Assembly (NCBI GenBank): GCA_963719315.1
Contig: CAVRBU010000013.1
Coordinates: 1 to 64,000, forward strand
Length of the DNA: 64,000 nucleotides
From: an uncultured Planctomycetota bacterium
GTDB lineage: Bacteria; Planctomycetota; Planctomycetia; Pirellulales; Lacipirellulaceae
Reading direction: 5' to 3'
A model generated the notes under the pieces. The model saw only the letters and a list, made by a program, of their open reading frames with translations, was not told the DNA's origin and made no database searches. The position numbers and the translations under genes were made by a program. This document shows, in pieces, positions 61,069 through 64,000 of the stretch (its first letter is position 1; every line of letters starts with the position of its first letter).

Positions 61069-63609
61069 GTGAATCGAGAAACACTCTCATTCCTTCTGGC
61101 TGCACTTACATTTTGCTCACCATGTGGAGCAGTCAAGGTCGGACAATACGTCTTGACCACCCGGGGGACTTTCCGGGCGGCAACGATGAGAGCTACGCAA
61201 CCGGTATCAATTCATCTGGGCAAGTAGTCGGTTGGAGCGGGACTGACACAGTGACCAGAGGCTTTCTTTGGTCACCCGACGTTCCCAATGGCCCTGTCGG
61301 GTCGATGACCGATCTTGGCAGCCTGCGCCAAGGTGGCCAGTCGTACGGACTTGGCATTAACTCGCACGGCCAAATCGCTGGATATACGGCAGGCTCACCA
61401 AATACCGCGTTTATGTGGACACCAACGACATGGAACGGAACAGACGGGTCAATGGTTCCGATTGGCGGCGCTCCATTTTATGATGGCTTCGCTTGGCCCA
61501 ATGGCATGAATTCCTATGGACAAATCGTTGGCGATGGTCGGACCGAAAGCGGAACACGCGTATTTCTGTGGATGCCTGATTCACCGAACGCAAGTGTGGG
61601 ATCGATAATCGATCTTGGAATTCAACTTTCTGGGTTCGAAGGTAGCAACCATTTCGCGATCAATTCTTATGGGCAGATAGCCGGTGGCGGCGTGCGCATT
61701 CAAGGTGTTGTCGAAGGTTTTGTTTGGACTCCAGCACAAGGCAATACTACTTCAGGTTTTCTAACCATTTTCAAAACTACGTGGCCTCTTTATGGGCAAT
61801 CCGGTTCCAGCGTTCGCGGGATCAACGATCGTGGACAAGTCGTTGGACTCTCGGGTGTTGCGTATGTCGGCAACGGAGGCTCTATTGGCACTAGTGGTCT
61901 GTCTCGATTTAGTTGACGGGTGCTAGTACGGGATAAAGTCGTTTAATCTTGATCCTGGCATCGGCGGCGGTGAATTGCCAGTCGACGCGGACTGGTTGTT
62001 GGTTGCGGGGTTGTTCCCATGCGTGAACTTCGCTCTCCAGGCGGGCTCGGGAATCGATCCGTTGGTCCAGGCACTGCCTTCCCAGCACGGACAATTCACA
62101 TTCCGCCATGTTCAGCCAACTGGCGTGCTTGGGGGTGTGATGCACTTCAAACCGCTCCCACAACCGTCGCGCCTCGTCAGGCGGGAAGATCGCGTACAGC
62201 ACGGACAGCTTGTGCGTATTCAGGTTGTCCATGACCAGCACGATCTTCTCCGCCGTCGGGTACTGCTCGTCGGCGATGTTGCGCAGCAGGTCGGCGAAAT
62301 CCGCCTTCGCGCGACGTTCGGTGACCTTCACCCGGCGGCGGCCCGCCAAAGGTTCGCAGACCATGAACAGATTCGCTGTTCCCCGCCGTTCGTATTCGTA
62401 ATCCTGTCGCGCCGGCTGCCCCGGCTCCATCGGCAGCGGCGGCGTGACGTCGGCCACCAATTGCTTGGTGGCTTCGTCGACGCACACGACTGGCCGTTGC
62501 TCGTCGTAGGGACGCTGATAGACCTCCAGAACGTCTTCCATCGCGGCAACATAGTCCGCGTCATGCGGCTTAGGCAGAACCCACTGCTCTTTCAACCAGG
62601 GCTTAAGCTCGTTTTTTTCAGTGCGCTGCGCACGGCGTCCTTGCTGATCGACTCGACGATCTCCAGTTCGACCAACTTGTCGGCCAGCAGTCGCAAGGTC
62701 CAGCGGGCGCGTCCTTCCGGAGCCGGTCCGCAGGCCACGGCGATCAAGCGGGCCTCCTGTTGGCCGTCCAACTTTCGAGGGCGATGCCGGCTCTTAGGCT
62801 TCCATTCCAAGGCAACGTTCAGGCCCTGCTCGACGTACGCCTGTCGCACGTCATGCACCAATCCCACGCTGACGTCCAACGCTTCGCAAATCTCCTGGTC
62901 GGTCCGACCCGACCCCGTGACGCCGGCGTCCGCCTTGAGCAGCACCTGGGCTCGGCGACGCTTGCCCGCCGCCACCTTGCCTCGTCCCACCACCGCCGCC
63001 AATTCCTCTCGCTCTTCCCCAGTCAACCGCACCACATACTTCGTGTTGTAGTTCATTTTCTCGCCTCCTGTGAAAAACCTGAAGACGTTATGCTATCCCC
63101 TAACTACTGAACAACGACAGACCACTAGCTCTCACGCTGCTATGTGGATTCCAACAAGTCCGAACGGCACTGACTTTTCTATGTTCGATTTGGGTACGCT
63201 TAATGGCCTAAGTTGGACATCCAGTGCTAATGCGATCAATTCATATGGTCAGGTCGTAGGTAGGGCTGACGCTGCTTCGAGCAACGGATTTTATCGTGTT
63301 GACCACGCGTTTATTTGGACACCGACGACGCCTAACGGTACTCAAGGCAGCATGATCGATCTGAATGAATTGCTGAACCCGGCAGATCCGCAGCATTGGA
63401 CCTTCTCCGAAGCTACTGGAATCAATGATTTCGGCCAAATCGTTGGCAACGCGTTTTACGATGCGGATGGCCCTGGCGGCAACCCGGCGGTGCCGCGGGC
63501 TTTCTTGCTCACACTCGTACCTGAACCGTGTACCATCGCCCTGATGGCAAGCCTGGCTGCATTTCTCATTTGCCAACGAATGTCCACCAGGCGGTTCCCT
63601 ACGGGTTGA
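61069..63609 (+). pseudogene. PEP-CTERM protein with HAF-type repeats, interrupted by IS630
   Basis: GIN..GQ(V/I)VG...F.W.P repeats on both sides of the IS; VPEP + TM tail; 1-nt frameshift near 61163. Confidence 0.88.
61894..63125 (-). mobile_element. IS630-family insertion sequence, copy 2 (apparently intact)
   Basis: Same IRs and TA duplication; orfA 62592-63056, orfB to 61909, A7 slip site 62612-62618. Confidence 0.96.
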
Positions 63610-63646
63610 AAAAAAGCCCCGGATCGACCGACCCGAGGCTGATTTT
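63609..63646. terminator. putative bidirectional terminator
   Basis: AAAAAAAGCCCCGG...CCGAGGCTGATTTT between convergent genes. Confidence 0.55.
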
Positions 63647-63670
63647 CGTTTGCAACGCTATTCCAGCGGC

Positions 63671-64000
63671 TTACGAATCCGCGCTTTCGCTCGAGCTTTC
63701 TCCGCCATCGGCGGCCGCGCCGACCGGCTCCGGCACCGGCTGGTCCTTGGCCGCGCGGCCTTCGAATACGAGCTGCTTCTTGTCGCCGACCTTTTTGACC
63801 TCGATCTTGATGAGGTTCTTGCCGGCAAACTCGCCCTTGAGCAGTTCCTCGGCCAGCGGGTCTTCGACGAAAGTCTCGATCGCCCGCCGCAGCGGCCGCG
63901 CGCCGTAATCGGTGTTCGAGCCCTTCTTGACGAGGAACTCCTTTGCCTCTTCGGTAAGCTCGATGAGCAACCCTTTTTCCTTCAGGCGCTCGCGGACCTT
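63671..64000 (-). CDS. clpC: Clp protease ATP-binding subunit, 3' end
   Basis: YGARPLRRAIE...EDPLAEELL. Confidence 0.9.
   Translation of the reverse strand, partial: KVRERLKEKGLLIELTEEAKEFLVKKGSNTDYGARPLRRAIETFVEDPLAEELLKGEFAGKNLIKIEVKKVGDKKQLVFEGRAAKDQPVPEPVGAAADGGESSSESADS

Overview
GC-rich bacterial chromosome segment, most likely from a planctomycete (Pirellulales-like): it has a PVC-type heme CxxCH protein, PEP-CTERM proteins and planctomycete-style hypothetical proteins. Bases 1-7215 are the right end of a genomic island with an intact tyrosine integrase next to tRNA-Leu(UAA). The island carries orphan Rhs toxin/immunity cassettes (one with a colicin E5-like RNase tip, one followed by a kinase-N-lobe-like small gene) and remnants of a C5 methyltransferase and an XRE-HTH gene. 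The rest is backbone: leuA with a clear Leu-leader attenuator, ilvD, blaI/M56, a sugar-catabolism cluster, a degenerate squalene-hopene-cyclase homologue with a two-component pair, mnmG, lptF/G, mlaEFD and the 3' end of clpC. It also holds two IS630 copies, both at PEP-CTERM genes, a toxin-antitoxin pair and a Uma2 nuclease cassette. The Uma2 cassette is flanked by a synonymously recoded duplicate of the host gene's 3' end. Many REP-like and heptamer palindromes occur, five of them in frame inside proteins. Several single-base frameshifts may be assembly errors. All product calls come from motif recognition, not database searches.
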